45,078 nucleotides of DNA, taken from positions 1-45,078 of the forward strand of contig JBOFUV010000116.1 of NCBI GenBank assembly GCA_051652765.1, given 5' to 3'. Each line of letters begins with the position of its first letter. The first letter of the stretch is position 1. The stretch is from Microcoleaceae cyanobacterium (GTDB lineage: Bacteria; Cyanobacteriota; Cyanobacteriia; Cyanobacteriales; Microcoleaceae). Below, piece by piece: positions 8,454-19,135 of this stretch. The notes under the pieces were generated by a model. It searched no databases. It was not told the DNA's origin and was given only the letters and a program-made list of their open reading frames with translations. A program made the position numbers and the translations under genes.

Positions 8454-10343
8454 ATGGGAAAGAACTGGGCGAGCGCCATTGGGATTAATCAATACGACAA
8501 CTTGCAAGCACTGGACTACGCCAAGGGAGATGCGGGGTCGGTGCGAGACTTTTTTATCCAGGAAGCTGGGTTTGAGCAGGTGTACTTCTTCACAGAAGAT
8601 TCCCCGCCAATTCAGGGATCTGAAGGGCCACCGATTCGATCTCTGCCCACCTATGCCACTCTGAAACGGTTTCTGCGGGTTAGGTTTGAGCAACCGTTCC
8701 TCCGAACTGGTGATAACTTCTGGTTTTTCTTTGCGGGACATGGAACTCAGCATGAAGGACGAGACTACCTGATGCCCTTGGATGCCGATCCTGGGAGTAT
8801 TGACGATACAGCCATTCCGGTTTCCTTCATAACAGAACGGCTCCAACGGTGCGGTGCGGACAACGTGATCTTGTTGCTGGATGCCTGTCGGAGTTGGCAG
8901 AGTCGGGATGGGCAAGGTGTAGGTACAGAACTCCAGAAAGGCGTGATCACCCTGTTTTCCTGTAGTCCCCGTGAAAGGTCTTATGAAATCGAAGAACTCA
9001 AACAGGGTTCCTTTACCTATTCCCTGTTGGAAGGGCTAAGACTTCAGGGAGCTAGCAACTGTGCCACAGTCGAACGTTTGGATCATTATCTTTACCATCG
9101 AGTGCCCGAACTGAATCGCAATTATGGTAAACCGCCTCAGACCCCGCGAACCACGATTGAACCGATAACGAAGAATCACTTAATTTTGTTGCCCCAGCAA
9201 ACAACTCTGCTGGCCGATGTGAAGGAATTAAAATTGGATGCCTACAAAGCTGAACGTCGGAAAGATTGGTTTACGGCTCAACAATTCTGGACAAGGGTGT
9301 TGGCAGTTTCACCTGCGGATCAAGAGGCAATCGACGGGCTAATCCACATGGGCCGCTCTTCGGGAGAATCAACACCTGTAGCAACACCTGTAGCAACACT
9401 TGTACCATCCCCAAGTCGAGAGTCTAGTAAAACCCTCCCAACGTTCTCGTTTGAAGTTGTGACCGTCAACGCCCAGGGCAAAATCACAAACCGCCAGCAA
9501 AAACAAGTTAGGAACTTAATTGAAGACCTGGGTAACGGAGTCAGCCTGGACATGGTGGAAATCCCTGGTGGCAGATTCTTGATGGGTTCTCCAAAGAATG
9601 AACCGGATCGACGTGAGAATGAAGGCCCTCAACACGAAGTAACTGTTCCAGCTTTCCTGATGGGTCGCTATCCAATTACCCAAGCTCAGTGGAGGGCAAT
9701 TGTGACTCAAGTGCCAAAAATCCAACGGGATCTTGAACCTGACCCGTCCAGGTTCAAAGGAGATAATCGCCCGGTAGAACGGGTTTCCTGGCTTGACGCA
9801 GTAGAATTTTGCGCTCGACCAACTCGGGAAACAGGCCGAATCTATCGTCTTCCCAGCGAAGCTGAATGGGAATATGCTTGTCGGGCTGGAACGACTACCC
9901 CGTTTCACTTTGGCGAAACGATCACACCTGAGGTGGTTAATTATGATGGAAATCGCACCTATGGCTCTGGCCCAAAAGGAAAATACCGGGAAGAAACGAC
10001 TCCTGTGGGTAGCTTCAAAGTGGCCAATGGCTTTGGCCTCTGCGATATGCACGGCAATGTCTGGGAATGGTGTGCTGACCCGTGGCATAGCAGTTACGAC
10101 GGTGCACCAAATGATGGCAATGTCTGGGATGAAAACAATAATGATAATCGTTATCAAGTTTATAGTGATGAAAACTTAGTCAACTTATTGAATGATAATC
10201 GCAGCAGAATACGTCGTGGCGGCTCTTGGGACGGCACTCCGAGGAATTGCCGTTCTGCGTATCGTAGCAACTACAACCCCGTCTACGTGAGCAACAGTCT
10301 CGGGTTTCGAGTTGTACGTATTCTCCCCAGGGCTCTTCAGTAG
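8454..10343 (+). CDS. Caspase-like (Peptidase C14) + FGE-sulfatase domain protein
   Basis: FFFAGHG and LLDACR dyad intact; C-terminal F.MGS, PVERVSW, RLPSEAEWEYACRAGT, DMHGNVWEW, RGGSW, GFRV. Confidence 0.93.
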   Translation: MGKNWASAIGINQYDNLQALDYAKGDAGSVRDFFIQEAGFEQVYFFTEDSPPIQGSEGPPIRSLPTYATLKRFLRVRFEQPFLRTGDNFWFFFAGHGTQHEGRDYLMPLDADPGSIDDTAIPVSFITERLQRCGADNVILLLDACRSWQSRDGQGVGTELQKGVITLFSCSPRERSYEIEELKQGSFTYSLLEGLRLQGASNCATVERLDHYLYHRVPELNRNYGKPPQTPRTTIEPITKNHLILLPQQTTLLADVKELKLDAYKAERRKDWFTAQQFWTRVLAVSPADQEAIDGLIHMGRSSGESTPVATPVATLVPSPSRESSKTLPTFSFEVVTVNAQGKITNRQQKQVRNLIEDLGNGVSLDMVEIPGGRFLMGSPKNEPDRRENEGPQHEVTVPAFLMGRYPITQAQWRAIVTQVPKIQRDLEPDPSRFKGDNRPVERVSWLDAVEFCARPTRETGRIYRLPSEAEWEYACRAGTTTPFHFGETITPEVVNYDGNRTYGSGPKGKYREETTPVGSFKVANGFGLCDMHGNVWEWCADPWHSSYDGAPNDGNVWDENNNDNRYQVYSDENLVNLLNDNRSRIRRGGSWDGTPRNCRSAYRSNYNPVYVSNSLGFRVVRILPRALQ

Positions 10344-10447
10344 CTCTTTGCTCTTTTGCCCTTTTGTTCTCGCCCTTGGCGATGTTGGCAACAGCATCCG
10401 AAAATAAACCAGAGCCAGTTAGCGGAGTAGGTTCGCTAGTTACCAAC

Positions 10448-10990
10448 TTATGCCAACAGCCGACTCACTAAAACTTCAAGTTTGGGAAAAACTAGCGGCG
10501 AAATTTCCCCCTGATTCACATCTTGTTGGGATAAATAATCATCCCCCTGCGGTTGACAAAACACCTTCAGAACATTGGCATTCACATCAACAATCCAATA
10601 TTCCTGAATCTCAGCAGAGGCATAGATTTTTTTCTTCTCATCCAAGTCTCTAGCCAAAGTCGTATCCGCCACCTCAATTAACCAAAAGAGATCCTCTGGC
10701 CGGGGGTGTTTGGTGTCATAGTTCGACTCAGGTGGCTGCGCGATCGCAATGTCCGGTTAGGGTTCAGAATCAGCCAGTGTAATTGGATGCGCTTCCGAAA
10801 TGACCGCCAACTCACCCAACAGCGATCGCAGATATCCAGCAATTCTACGAACACGGGCCGCATGAATTGGCCCCTCTGGACTCATCTCAACAATATCTCC
10901 TGCGAGTAGTTCCACCCGGCGATTGGTCAAGATTCCAGCGGCAATCATCCGGCGGTAGTCTTCCACTGACCATTTCACTGACGTGCCCAT
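10448..10990 (-). pseudogene. Uma2-family endonuclease interrupted by an in-frame TAA
   Basis: MGTSVKWSVEDY...DSEP*PDIAI...WLIEVADTTL..D..EK..IYA...I.EYWIVD; stop at 10757-10759 where GAA (SEPEPD) is expected. Confidence 0.88.
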
Positions 10991-11165
10991 GACAAATCCC
11001 ACACTGACGATACCGTTTACGAGTTGAGTTGACGATGAGCAATCAACCCATTCATTCATCATAATCAAATCAAATCCGAGACACAATACAGCTAAAGGGA
11101 TTCCAACTTCGTTTGCGAGTTCACGATCTCAAAATCTGGAATGTACCAGTTCCATCGTCCGAAAG

Positions 11166-11260
11166 TATAGCGATTTTCAATCGCGTGAGGTACGGATTTG
11201 GGAGGTTGTGGCGCGCTGCGCCACAACCTCCCGTACTCCAGCAGCGTGAGAAACGCTGTA
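11166..11260. mobile_element. MITE-like element
   Basis: Imperfect terminal IRs TATAGCGATTTTCA / TGAGAAACGCTGTA; perfect internal hairpin GGGAGGTTGTGGCGC-GCT-GCGCCACAACCTCCC. Confidence 0.65.
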
Positions 11261-11268
11261 TTGGCATC

Positions 11269-12570
11269 CTAATCTATCTTGGAATAAATGCTAATTTCCA
11301 GATTGGAAAAAGAGTATTTATTCCGTCCGTTTGCATCATTTCCTTGATATCCTACCGAGTTAATTTGACGGTTTTTCTGGAGTTCAACTTCAAAAAGTCC
11401 TGAACTTCTACGTGAACTTTGTCCATGAATAACAGTTGTACAATTTTTAAAAAAATCAAGGGCTAAATTAATAAATCCAGGAGAATCTTCCTCCATTTGT
11501 TGAACTTGATCACAATCACCAAAAACCTGTTCTGAATTCAAAATAAGATATTGATTTTGACAAATGATTGGGTGTTTCCAAGGCGCAATTGTTACCGTCT
11601 GAGACTGAGGATGATACTGATCTCCATCTGTCAAATAACTCATGAGCACATTGGAAATTGACCAATAGCCATTGTGTTCTATAACTTTAGCAGCAGACAA
11701 ATTGAAGATAGAAACTCCGTGTTCCCCAATCACATCTAAAGTATCTGGCTCGGTATCTGAATCTGTTACAATCAACGCTGTATTTTCATCAACTCCAAAG
11801 GCAAAAGCAACATTGAATTCAGCAGCCAATCGAATGATTCTGCCTTGTCGTTCTCGTTCGCTAAAATGAGTGTCCGTGATGCCATAGGTGAAAAAATTAA
11901 AGCCCCCCAAGGGATTGTAATATAACGTCCGGCTTCGGGGTGGAGAGCCGATCAGAGGGACTGGATCGTTCAACAGCGCTTCATAACTTTCTCCCTCTGT
12001 AATCATGGGAATTCCAGCCTGTACAGTAGTCCCAGCACTCGTTCCAACCATGACAGAATTATTGATATACTGAGTCTTTAATGCCTCAAAAACTTTACTT
12101 TCAGTTCGAGTTTGAGTGATTGAGTTCTCCTCAAAGAAACAGGTGACAATCAGGGCTTGATCTCCCCCACTAAATACAAATGTATTGCGACTGTTAATTA
12201 AGTTAACCAGGTCGGGACTATTTTTTTGAGCTTGGCAATTGCCAATATGAAATGGAATCCAGATCACGTCAATATTTGGATAGAGAGTCCGGAAGTTTTC
12301 GATATAAAATTGTCCACTCGCTTCAGCGTTTTCTGCACTGGTTTGAGCGGTTGTAAATATCCCGATTTTGGCGTTTTCGGCTCCCCTTGCCAATTGAATG
12401 ACTTTCTCATAAATTGCAATTCCATTTGGATCGCCTGTTGCTGGCCACCTCCATCCGCCGCCGACTAAAACCAGAGTTGTTCCCCACGCTGGCGTTGCCA
12501 GACATAGGCTGAAGCTCATGGATAGTGCAACGAAGGTCAATACTGCACGCTGAAGGCTCCGAAAAATCAT
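11269..12570 (-). CDS. Cyanophycinase-like S51 peptidase with signal peptide
   Basis: LVLVGGG, FSGGDQ, GTSAG, DTHFSERERQGR, GVDENTA; N-terminal signal sequence ending near PAWG. Confidence 0.88.
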   Translation of the reverse strand: MIFRSLQRAVLTFVALSMSFSLCLATPAWGTTLVLVGGGWRWPATGDPNGIAIYEKVIQLARGAENAKIGIFTTAQTSAENAEASGQFYIENFRTLYPNIDVIWIPFHIGNCQAQKNSPDLVNLINSRNTFVFSGGDQALIVTCFFEENSITQTRTESKVFEALKTQYINNSVMVGTSAGTTVQAGIPMITEGESYEALLNDPVPLIGSPPRSRTLYYNPLGGFNFFTYGITDTHFSERERQGRIIRLAAEFNVAFAFGVDENTALIVTDSDTEPDTLDVIGEHGVSIFNLSAAKVIEHNGYWSISNVLMSYLTDGDQYHPQSQTVTIAPWKHPIICQNQYLILNSEQVFGDCDQVQQMEEDSPGFINLALDFFKNCTTVIHGQSSRRSSGLFEVELQKNRQINSVGYQGNDANGRNKYSFSNLEISIYSKID

Positions 12571-12635
12571 TGAAGGTTATTCAAAAGTGAGATGGTTAAG
12601 ATGCCTCAGAGATTATAGAGGAATTAGTCATAATC

Positions 12636-12681
12636 TATGAATATGAAAACTTATGAATATGAAAACTTATGAATATGAAAA
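12636..12681. repeat. 3 x 16-bp tandem repeat TATGAATATGAAAACT
   Basis: Direct reading. Confidence 0.8.
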
Positions 12682-12834
12682 TGTCTGTTGTTCGGGCAAA
12701 ATGCCCGAACAAGCAAGAAGCCTGAACCAAATTTACAGTTCTAGTGAGATCGTCATCGACCCCTTTTCAACCCTCCTTTCAACCCTCCTTTTAAGTCCCT
12801 TTTCGGCACCTCCTCAGCCCCTCCTCAGCACCTC

Positions 12835-13431
12835 CTAAATAGTTCCCCAATTTAAATAGGGAAGTTGGGCGGCTGTGACTTTAATTTGAGCTGAATTTGT
12901 GACCAACTGCCCACAACTATCCCACTGACCCGAAAGGAACATTTGTCGGGAACCTGAGTTCATTTTCACAGGAATAATAGATTGATTCCACTGAATTTGT
13001 AGGGTATTTAAATCAACAGTTAGTGTAGCTTGAGGAGTTGCTTTTAGAGCAGCTTGCAATTGTTGAATTGCTTCTGATTCAGCCGTAACACAAGGAATTC
13101 CAATTGCCACACAATTGCCCAAGAAAATCTCAGCAAAACTTTCTCCCACCAAGGCTTGAATTCCCCATTTTGCTAGGGCTTGCGGGGCGTGTTCTCGGGA
13201 GGAACCACAGCCAAAGTTCCCATTCACCACCAAAATACTTGCCCCCTGAAATTCAGGTAAATCAAAGGGATGACGACCTTGTAATTGCTGACGATCGTCA
13301 GTAAATACTTGCTTTCCTAACCCATCAAACGTCACACATCGTAGGAATCGTGCCGGAATAATGCGGTCAGTATCAATATCACTCCCCGCCAATGGAATGC
13401 CTGTGCCTGAAATGGATTGAATTTGACTCAT
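12835..13431 (-). CDS. leuD: 3-isopropylmalate dehydratase small subunit
   Basis: DIDTDRIIPARFL, NFGCGSSREHAP, SFAEIF. Confidence 0.97.
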   Translation of the reverse strand: MSQIQSISGTGIPLAGSDIDTDRIIPARFLRCVTFDGLGKQVFTDDRQQLQGRHPFDLPEFQGASILVVNGNFGCGSSREHAPQALAKWGIQALVGESFAEIFLGNCVAIGIPCVTAESEAIQQLQAALKATPQATLTVDLNTLQIQWNQSIIPVKMNSGSRQMFLSGQWDSCGQLVTNSAQIKVTAAQLPYLNWGTI

Positions 13432-13545
13432 GCTGTTCTCCTAACTCTCCATGAATTCCCTAAGTTATGTTCTGAATTAATGCTCTGAAAATTCCCTAAA
13501 GTTCCCTAAAATTCCCTAAAATTCCTAAAAATTCTCTAAATTAAT

Positions 13546-14952
13546 TTAAGGAATTAATTCCCGCACATCAGCCACTTCTCCCTTAATGGCTGCTGCCACC
13601 ACCATGGCCGGACTCATCAATAGGGTGCGACCTGTTGCCGAACCCTGGCGACCTTTAAAATTGCGATTGGAGGACGAGGCACTGATTTGGTTGCCCTGAA
13701 GCTTGTCAGGATTCATCGCCAAACACATGGAACATCCAGCCTCCCGCCACTCAAACCCGGCTTCTTGGAAGATTTTGTCTAATCCTTCTGATTCCGCCTG
13801 TTGCTTGACCCGTTCTGAACCCGGCACCACGAAGGCTGTGACCGTGTTTGCGACCTTATGACCCTGGGCAAACTTCGCGGCTTCCCGGAGATCACTTAAT
13901 CGCCCGTTCGTACAACTGCCGATGAAACACACGTCTACTTTAGTTCCTTTAATCCGTTGACCCGGTGTAAAGATCATATACTGATAGGCTTCCTCTGCAA
14001 TATTGCGATCGCCCTCTGGTAGCATATCCAAAGTTGGAATCGCTTCGTCTACGCCAATCCCCTGTCCAGGGGTAATTCCCCAAGTTACTGTGGGAGAGAT
14101 TTCAGCCGCATCGAAGGTGACAACATCGTCATAGATGGCATTCGCATCACTGTGAATTCCCTGCCACCAAGCCACTGCCTTTTCCCACGCTTCTCCTTTA
14201 GGGGCAAAATCCCGGCCTTGAAGATAATCGAACGTAATCTGATCGGGATTAATATAGCCACAACGGGCACCGCCTTCAATCGCCATATTGCAAATGGTCA
14301 TCCGTTCTTCCATGGACATGGCGACAATGGTGCTGCCCCCATATTCATAGGCATAGCCCACACCCCCTTTGACTCCAAGCTTCCGAATAATGTGTAGAAT
14401 CACGTCTTTGGCGTAAACGCCGGGGCGCAGTGCTCCATTCACCTCAATGCGTCTAACCTTTAACTTTGCCAACGCCAAGGTTTGAGATGCAAGCACATCT
14501 CGCACCTGAGATGTGCCAATCCCAAAGGCGATTGCGCCAAACGCTCCATGGGTAGAAGTATGAGAATCACCACAGGCAATGGTCATGCCGGGTTGAGTCA
14601 ACCCCTGTTCTGGGGCAATCACATGGACAATCCCTTGGTTCCCAGACCCAATATTGTAGAACTGAATGCCATACTCCCGGCAACTGGTTTCCAGGGCACA
14701 TATCATTTCTTCCGCCAGCACATCGACAAAGGGGCGGGCCTGATTTTCTGTCGGAACGATATGATCGACAGTGGCAACGGTGCGTTTTGGGAACAGAACG
14801 TTGAGCTGGCGATCGCGCAGCATTTCAAAGGCTTGAGGGCTGGTCACTTCGTGGATGAGGTGCAGACCAATGAAAAGTTGAGTTTGACCTGAGGGCAACG
14901 TTGTAACTGTGTGTAAGTCCCAAACTTTATCAAAGAGTGTTCCAGTACTCAT
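13546..14952 (-). CDS. leuC: 3-isopropylmalate dehydratase large subunit
   Basis: [41 protein letters not shown]. Confidence 0.98.
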   Translation of the reverse strand: MSTGTLFDKVWDLHTVTTLPSGQTQLFIGLHLIHEVTSPQAFEMLRDRQLNVLFPKRTVATVDHIVPTENQARPFVDVLAEEMICALETSCREYGIQFYNIGSGNQGIVHVIAPEQGLTQPGMTIACGDSHTSTHGAFGAIAFGIGTSQVRDVLASQTLALAKLKVRRIEVNGALRPGVYAKDVILHIIRKLGVKGGVGYAYEYGGSTIVAMSMEERMTICNMAIEGGARCGYINPDQITFDYLQGRDFAPKGEAWEKAVAWWQGIHSDANAIYDDVVTFDAAEISPTVTWGITPGQGIGVDEAIPTLDMLPEGDRNIAEEAYQYMIFTPGQRIKGTKVDVCFIGSCTNGRLSDLREAAKFAQGHKVANTVTAFVVPGSERVKQQAESEGLDKIFQEAGFEWREAGCSMCLAMNPDKLQGNQISASSSNRNFKGRQGSATGRTLLMSPAMVVAAAIKGEVADVRELIP

Positions 14953-15098
14953 AAGGATTCGTGAATATTCTGCTCAAGGCAAGCTTTAACGTTAATCCTT
15001 TATTATAAGCCTTGTTAAGCTTCTTCCGCTGTCTACTGGCTTTCCCGGATCAGGTGATCTGATTCCAGGTGGCACGGAGGGATATGATATAAGCGGTA

Positions 15099-16313
15099 GT
15101 GGAGACCCATAATATGTTGAGTCTGATTCAGGGTTTGACCATTGGAGTTCAGGGGCTCGGTCTAGTGATTGGGATCAACTTAACGGGAGCTTTTCTTGGA
15201 AAACCTCCAAAGCCTCAACTCGTTCAAAGTGTAAGAGGGGTTCATCTGACTCAAGTCCTTCCCAACCCAGCGGTTGAGTTAGGGGAGCCCGTGGAAATCG
15301 TCGCCAAGCTTTCTCAGGGGCCGGGGAATATTACCATCACACCGGATGGGCGCATCTTCATTAGCTTGCATCAGTTTTATGCAACGACAGACCGAGTCGT
15401 AGAACTGAAACCGGATGGACAGTTGACCCCATTTCCCAACATTGCCTGGACTCGGGGTCGAAACACTGACGGAACGGGGTTAGATACGGTGCTGGGAATT
15501 CAGTCTGATGGCAATGACATCGTCTGGATGTTGGATAACGGGATGCGGGGCCAAGTCACGCCTCAATTGGTGGGATGGAATACGCGCACCAATCGCTTAG
15601 AGCGGATGATTCCCTTACCGTCTCCGGTAACCGCTAAAAACTCCTTTTTAAATGATCTCGCTGTAGACCCCACCCATCAGACGATCTATATTGCAGACAC
15701 AACTCAGGGAGGGGTTCCGGCGTTAATTGTTGTTGATCTGAAGACAGACAAGGCTCGGCGGATTTTGGCCGGACACGTTAGCGTTCTCCCGGAAAAGCTG
15801 GATTTAATCATTGATGGTCAGCCTGTTCAGGTGGTTCAACCGGATGGCACCTTGGCCCGACCGCAGATCGGAGTGAACCCTATTGCCCTTGATGCTAAAA
15901 ATGAATGGCTCTACTACGGCCCTATGCATGGCCGTCATCTGTTCCGGGTGCAAACCTCAGATATTTTGAATCCCGATCTTAAACCTGACCAACTTGCCCA
16001 ACGGGTTGAAACCTACGCTGAAAAGCCAATTTGCGACGGAATTTCGATTGATCAAGCAGGAAATATCTACATCACTGATATTGGAGCTAATGCGATTGGC
16101 GTGATTCGACCTGACCGCACTTACCAACGTCTCGTCTCGGCACCCTGGCTCAGTTGGCCGGATGCCTTCAGCTTTTCTCCAGATGGGTATCTTTACGGCG
16201 TGGTCAACCAACTTCACCGTACCCCGGTCTTAAATGCTGGCGTTGATGCCACTCAACCGCCATTTTTGATCATCCGGTTAAAGCCTCTGGCCCCAGGAGT
16301 TGCAGGGCGCTAG
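15099..16313 (+). CDS. Major royal jelly/yellow family beta-propeller protein
   Basis: GPGNITITPDGRIF, WMLDNG, FLNDLAVD, DGISID..GNIY, WPD.F. Confidence 0.85.
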   Translation: METHNMLSLIQGLTIGVQGLGLVIGINLTGAFLGKPPKPQLVQSVRGVHLTQVLPNPAVELGEPVEIVAKLSQGPGNITITPDGRIFISLHQFYATTDRVVELKPDGQLTPFPNIAWTRGRNTDGTGLDTVLGIQSDGNDIVWMLDNGMRGQVTPQLVGWNTRTNRLERMIPLPSPVTAKNSFLNDLAVDPTHQTIYIADTTQGGVPALIVVDLKTDKARRILAGHVSVLPEKLDLIIDGQPVQVVQPDGTLARPQIGVNPIALDAKNEWLYYGPMHGRHLFRVQTSDILNPDLKPDQLAQRVETYAEKPICDGISIDQAGNIYITDIGANAIGVIRPDRTYQRLVSAPWLSWPDAFSFSPDGYLYGVVNQLHRTPVLNAGVDATQPPFLIIRLKPLAPGVAGR

Positions 16314-18115
16314 GGCCTCAACCCATATAGCCAGGTAATCAGCAGCGGGGTGAGAACGGTCAAAATGCAATTGAGGGGTAAGCCCACTCGGGTAAAGTCA
16401 AAAAACTTGTAGCCCCCTGGGCCGTAAACCATGGTATTCGTTTGATAACCAATGGGGGTGAGATAGCTGTTTGAGGCGGCAAACGTCACGGCATAGATGA
16501 AGGCCAAGGGATTCAAGCCCAGTTGTTTCGCGACTTCGGCCGCAATCGGAATCATCAGGACTACCGCTGCATTGTTTGAGAGAATTTCAGTCAAAAATGT
16601 AGTAACCAGGTAGAAAATGATCAGAACTACAAGACCAGGAGCATTCCCGCCAATAACGGTTAAGTTCTGGGCCAGCCATTCCGTTGTGCCAGAGTTCTTC
16701 ATCGCTGTTCCTAGGGGAATCAGACCTGCCAGCAAGAAAATCACATCCCAACGCACTGATCCATAGATTTCTCCAGGCTTCAGGCAACCTGTGATCACCA
16801 TCAGAATTACACCCACCATGGCAGATACCAGAATATCCGCCCAATCAAAAGCCGCGACCACAATCACGCTCAGAATAATCGTAACTGCAATCCAAGCTTT
16901 GTCTAGACGCAACGATTCAGCTTCCTTGGGTTCCATCACCAGTAGTTCTCGGGTCGTTTGTAACCCGGTGAAGCTTTCTCTTGGCCCCTGAACTAATAGT
17001 AAATCGCCAAATTTGAGGGGAACTTGACCTAGGCGATCGCGCACCAACTCTTCTCCTCGTCGAATAGCTAGGACGGTTGCGTTGTAGCGTTGACGGAAGC
17101 GCATTTCCTTTAGGGTAGAGCCAGCCAGTCGGGAGTTCGAGAGGATCAAAACTTCAGCAATCTCTTCTTCTCCGGTGCTGAGTTCAGTCTCGACTTCTTC
17201 TCTGAACTTCACGTCAGGGGCAATTTCTAGACCCCTTTCCTCACGGATTTTCAACAGGTCATCGCGGCCACCACGAACCAAAAGAATATCTCCTGCCAGG
17301 AGAACTTTGTCAGCCAAAGGCTGGGGAAAATGTTCACCCTCTCGGATCAGTTCGAGGATGTCAATATCAAATTTGCGTTGGATTTGAGTGGAGCGTAGCG
17401 TTTGTCCAATCAGAGTAGAGCGAGGGGTGATAATAACTTCACTAACGTAATCTTTCAAGCCGTAGTCAGCAAGGTTTGGAGTCGGAGACTTCCGATCTGG
17501 CAAGAGTCGTGGAGCAGCAAAGGTGAGATAAGTTAAACCCACAATAAATGTGATCACTCCCAGGGCCGTGAAATCAAACAAGCCAAATTTGCCATAGCCT
17601 AGTTGTTCAGACACGCCGCTAGCCAGCAGGTTAGTAGATGTGCCGATCACCGTAATCATCCCCCCCAATACGGTGACATAGGAAAGCGGGATTAACAGTT
17701 TAGACGGAGAAACATTTTGCTTTCTACACCACTCCTCAATGATGGGTAGAAAAACTGCAACAACGGCGGTATTATTAATGAAAGCAGTGATCGGCCCAAC
17801 TAGGATTCCCATCACAAAAATCTGTCGAGACGGGTTCTTGCCTCCCCATTTCATGAGCCAATCTCTCACAATCTGAATCACCCCTGTTTTAGCGATCCCG
17901 GCACTCAGGATGAACATAAATAGGACAGTGATCGTTGCTGCGTTGCCAAAACCAGCAATGCCTTCTTCAGCAGAAACTAATCCCAATAGCATCAGAACGA
18001 TTGCAACGACAATAGCTGTCAAATCTACTGGGAGCCATTCTGCTACAAAAGCAATCAAGGCACCGATTAAGACCGACAGCGTCAGAAAGATTGGGTTTTG
18101 CAGAATTTCCATCAA
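16310..18115 (-). CDS. SLC13/CitMHS-type permease with TrkA-C domains
   Basis: AFINNT, IGTSTNL, SNNA, TPIGYQTN motifs; two TrkA-C repeats. Confidence 0.92.
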   Translation of the reverse strand: MMEILQNPIFLTLSVLIGALIAFVAEWLPVDLTAIVVAIVLMLLGLVSAEEGIAGFGNAATITVLFMFILSAGIAKTGVIQIVRDWLMKWGGKNPSRQIFVMGILVGPITAFINNTAVVAVFLPIIEEWCRKQNVSPSKLLIPLSYVTVLGGMITVIGTSTNLLASGVSEQLGYGKFGLFDFTALGVITFIVGLTYLTFAAPRLLPDRKSPTPNLADYGLKDYVSEVIITPRSTLIGQTLRSTQIQRKFDIDILELIREGEHFPQPLADKVLLAGDILLVRGGRDDLLKIREERGLEIAPDVKFREEVETELSTGEEEIAEVLILSNSRLAGSTLKEMRFRQRYNATVLAIRRGEELVRDRLGQVPLKFGDLLLVQGPRESFTGLQTTRELLVMEPKEAESLRLDKAWIAVTIILSVIVVAAFDWADILVSAMVGVILMVITGCLKPGEIYGSVRWDVIFLLAGLIPLGTAMKNSGTTEWLAQNLTVIGGNAPGLVVLIIFYLVTTFLTEILSNNAAVVLMIPIAAEVAKQLGLNPLAFIYAVTFAASNSYLTPIGYQTNTMVYGPGGYKFFDFTRVGLPLNCILTVLTPLLITWLYGLRP

Positions 18116-18284
18116 TCAAGTCTAAATGAAAAGGACACTGAAAATCGTTCCAGACGGAACCTGGGTATCTAAAAGAGCTGCCCAAACATACCTTTAGAGA
18201 GGTTTGGGCAGTCTTGAAGCAGGGTTTACACCATCCTACTCTCAGAGAATGGGAATTGTCACTAGCAATCCTGGGTCTAACCCC

Positions 18285-19106
18285 CTACTGATATCGCTCT
18301 AGAAAATCTAAGGCTTGATTTCTCAGTTCGTAATACTCCTTGGACTCTCGCAATTCATGGCGATCGCGGGGACGAGGCAAGGGGATCTCTAACACCTGCC
18401 CAATCGTTGCTTTAGGGCCATTCGTCATCATCACCACTCGATCTGACATGAAGATGGCTTCATCGACATCATGGGTAATCATCATCACTGCTTGGCGATG
18501 ATTTTCCCAGATATCCAGAACCTGCTGTTGTAGCTTGGGCCGAGTCAAGGCATCTAACGCGCCAAAGGGTTCGTCGAGCAAGAGCATTTTTGGGCGAGTT
18601 GCTAAGGCCCGAGCCACACCAACCCGCTGTTTCATCCCCCCTGAAAGCTCATCGGGATATTTATCTGCCGCCGCTGTCAAGTTCACCATCTCAATATGCT
18701 CATTGACAATGCCGATTCTCTCCGCCTTGCTAGAGGTTTTAAAGACTTCATCCACGGCCAAGCGAATATTTTCCCGCACCGTTAGCCAAGGCAGCAAGGA
18801 ATAGCCTTGAAACACCATCATCCGTTCAGCACCAGGTTTGCGAATTGCTTTTCCGTCCAGGGTGACCAAACCCGAGGTCGGCTTTTCTAACCCAGCCACA
18901 ATTCGGACAAGGGTTGACTTGCCACAGCCGGAGTGACCAATCACAGAAACGTACTCCTTCTCGCCGACCGTGACATCCACGCCATTCAGGACAACAAAAT
19001 CACTACCGTCAGGCTTGCGAAAGGACTTCACGACATTCTCAACGACCAAAAATGCTGCGTTCGTTGAGTTGCTTTTTGGGGTTACAGATTGCGTTGCAGG
19101 TGTCAT
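18285..19106 (-). CDS. NrtD/CmpD-type ABC ATPase
   Basis: GHSGCGKST, LSGGMKQR, LLLDEPFGALD. Confidence 0.93.
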   Translation of the reverse strand: MTPATQSVTPKSNSTNAAFLVVENVVKSFRKPDGSDFVVLNGVDVTVGEKEYVSVIGHSGCGKSTLVRIVAGLEKPTSGLVTLDGKAIRKPGAERMMVFQGYSLLPWLTVRENIRLAVDEVFKTSSKAERIGIVNEHIEMVNLTAAADKYPDELSGGMKQRVGVARALATRPKMLLLDEPFGALDALTRPKLQQQVLDIWENHRQAVMMITHDVDEAIFMSDRVVMMTNGPKATIGQVLEIPLPRPRDRHELRESKEYYELRNQALDFLERYQ

Positions 19107-19135
19107 AAACTCTCCTGGTTGTTAGGGTGGAAAAC

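Noticed and set aside
8454..10343. FGE-sulfatase C-terminus as a diversity-generating retroelement target
   Set aside because: No template repeat or reverse transcriptase in the window
13450..13545. AATTCCCTAA-type tandem repeats (also 12760-12835, 21905-21990, 26500-26600)
   Set aside because: Ordinary cyanobacterial intergenic short tandem repeats
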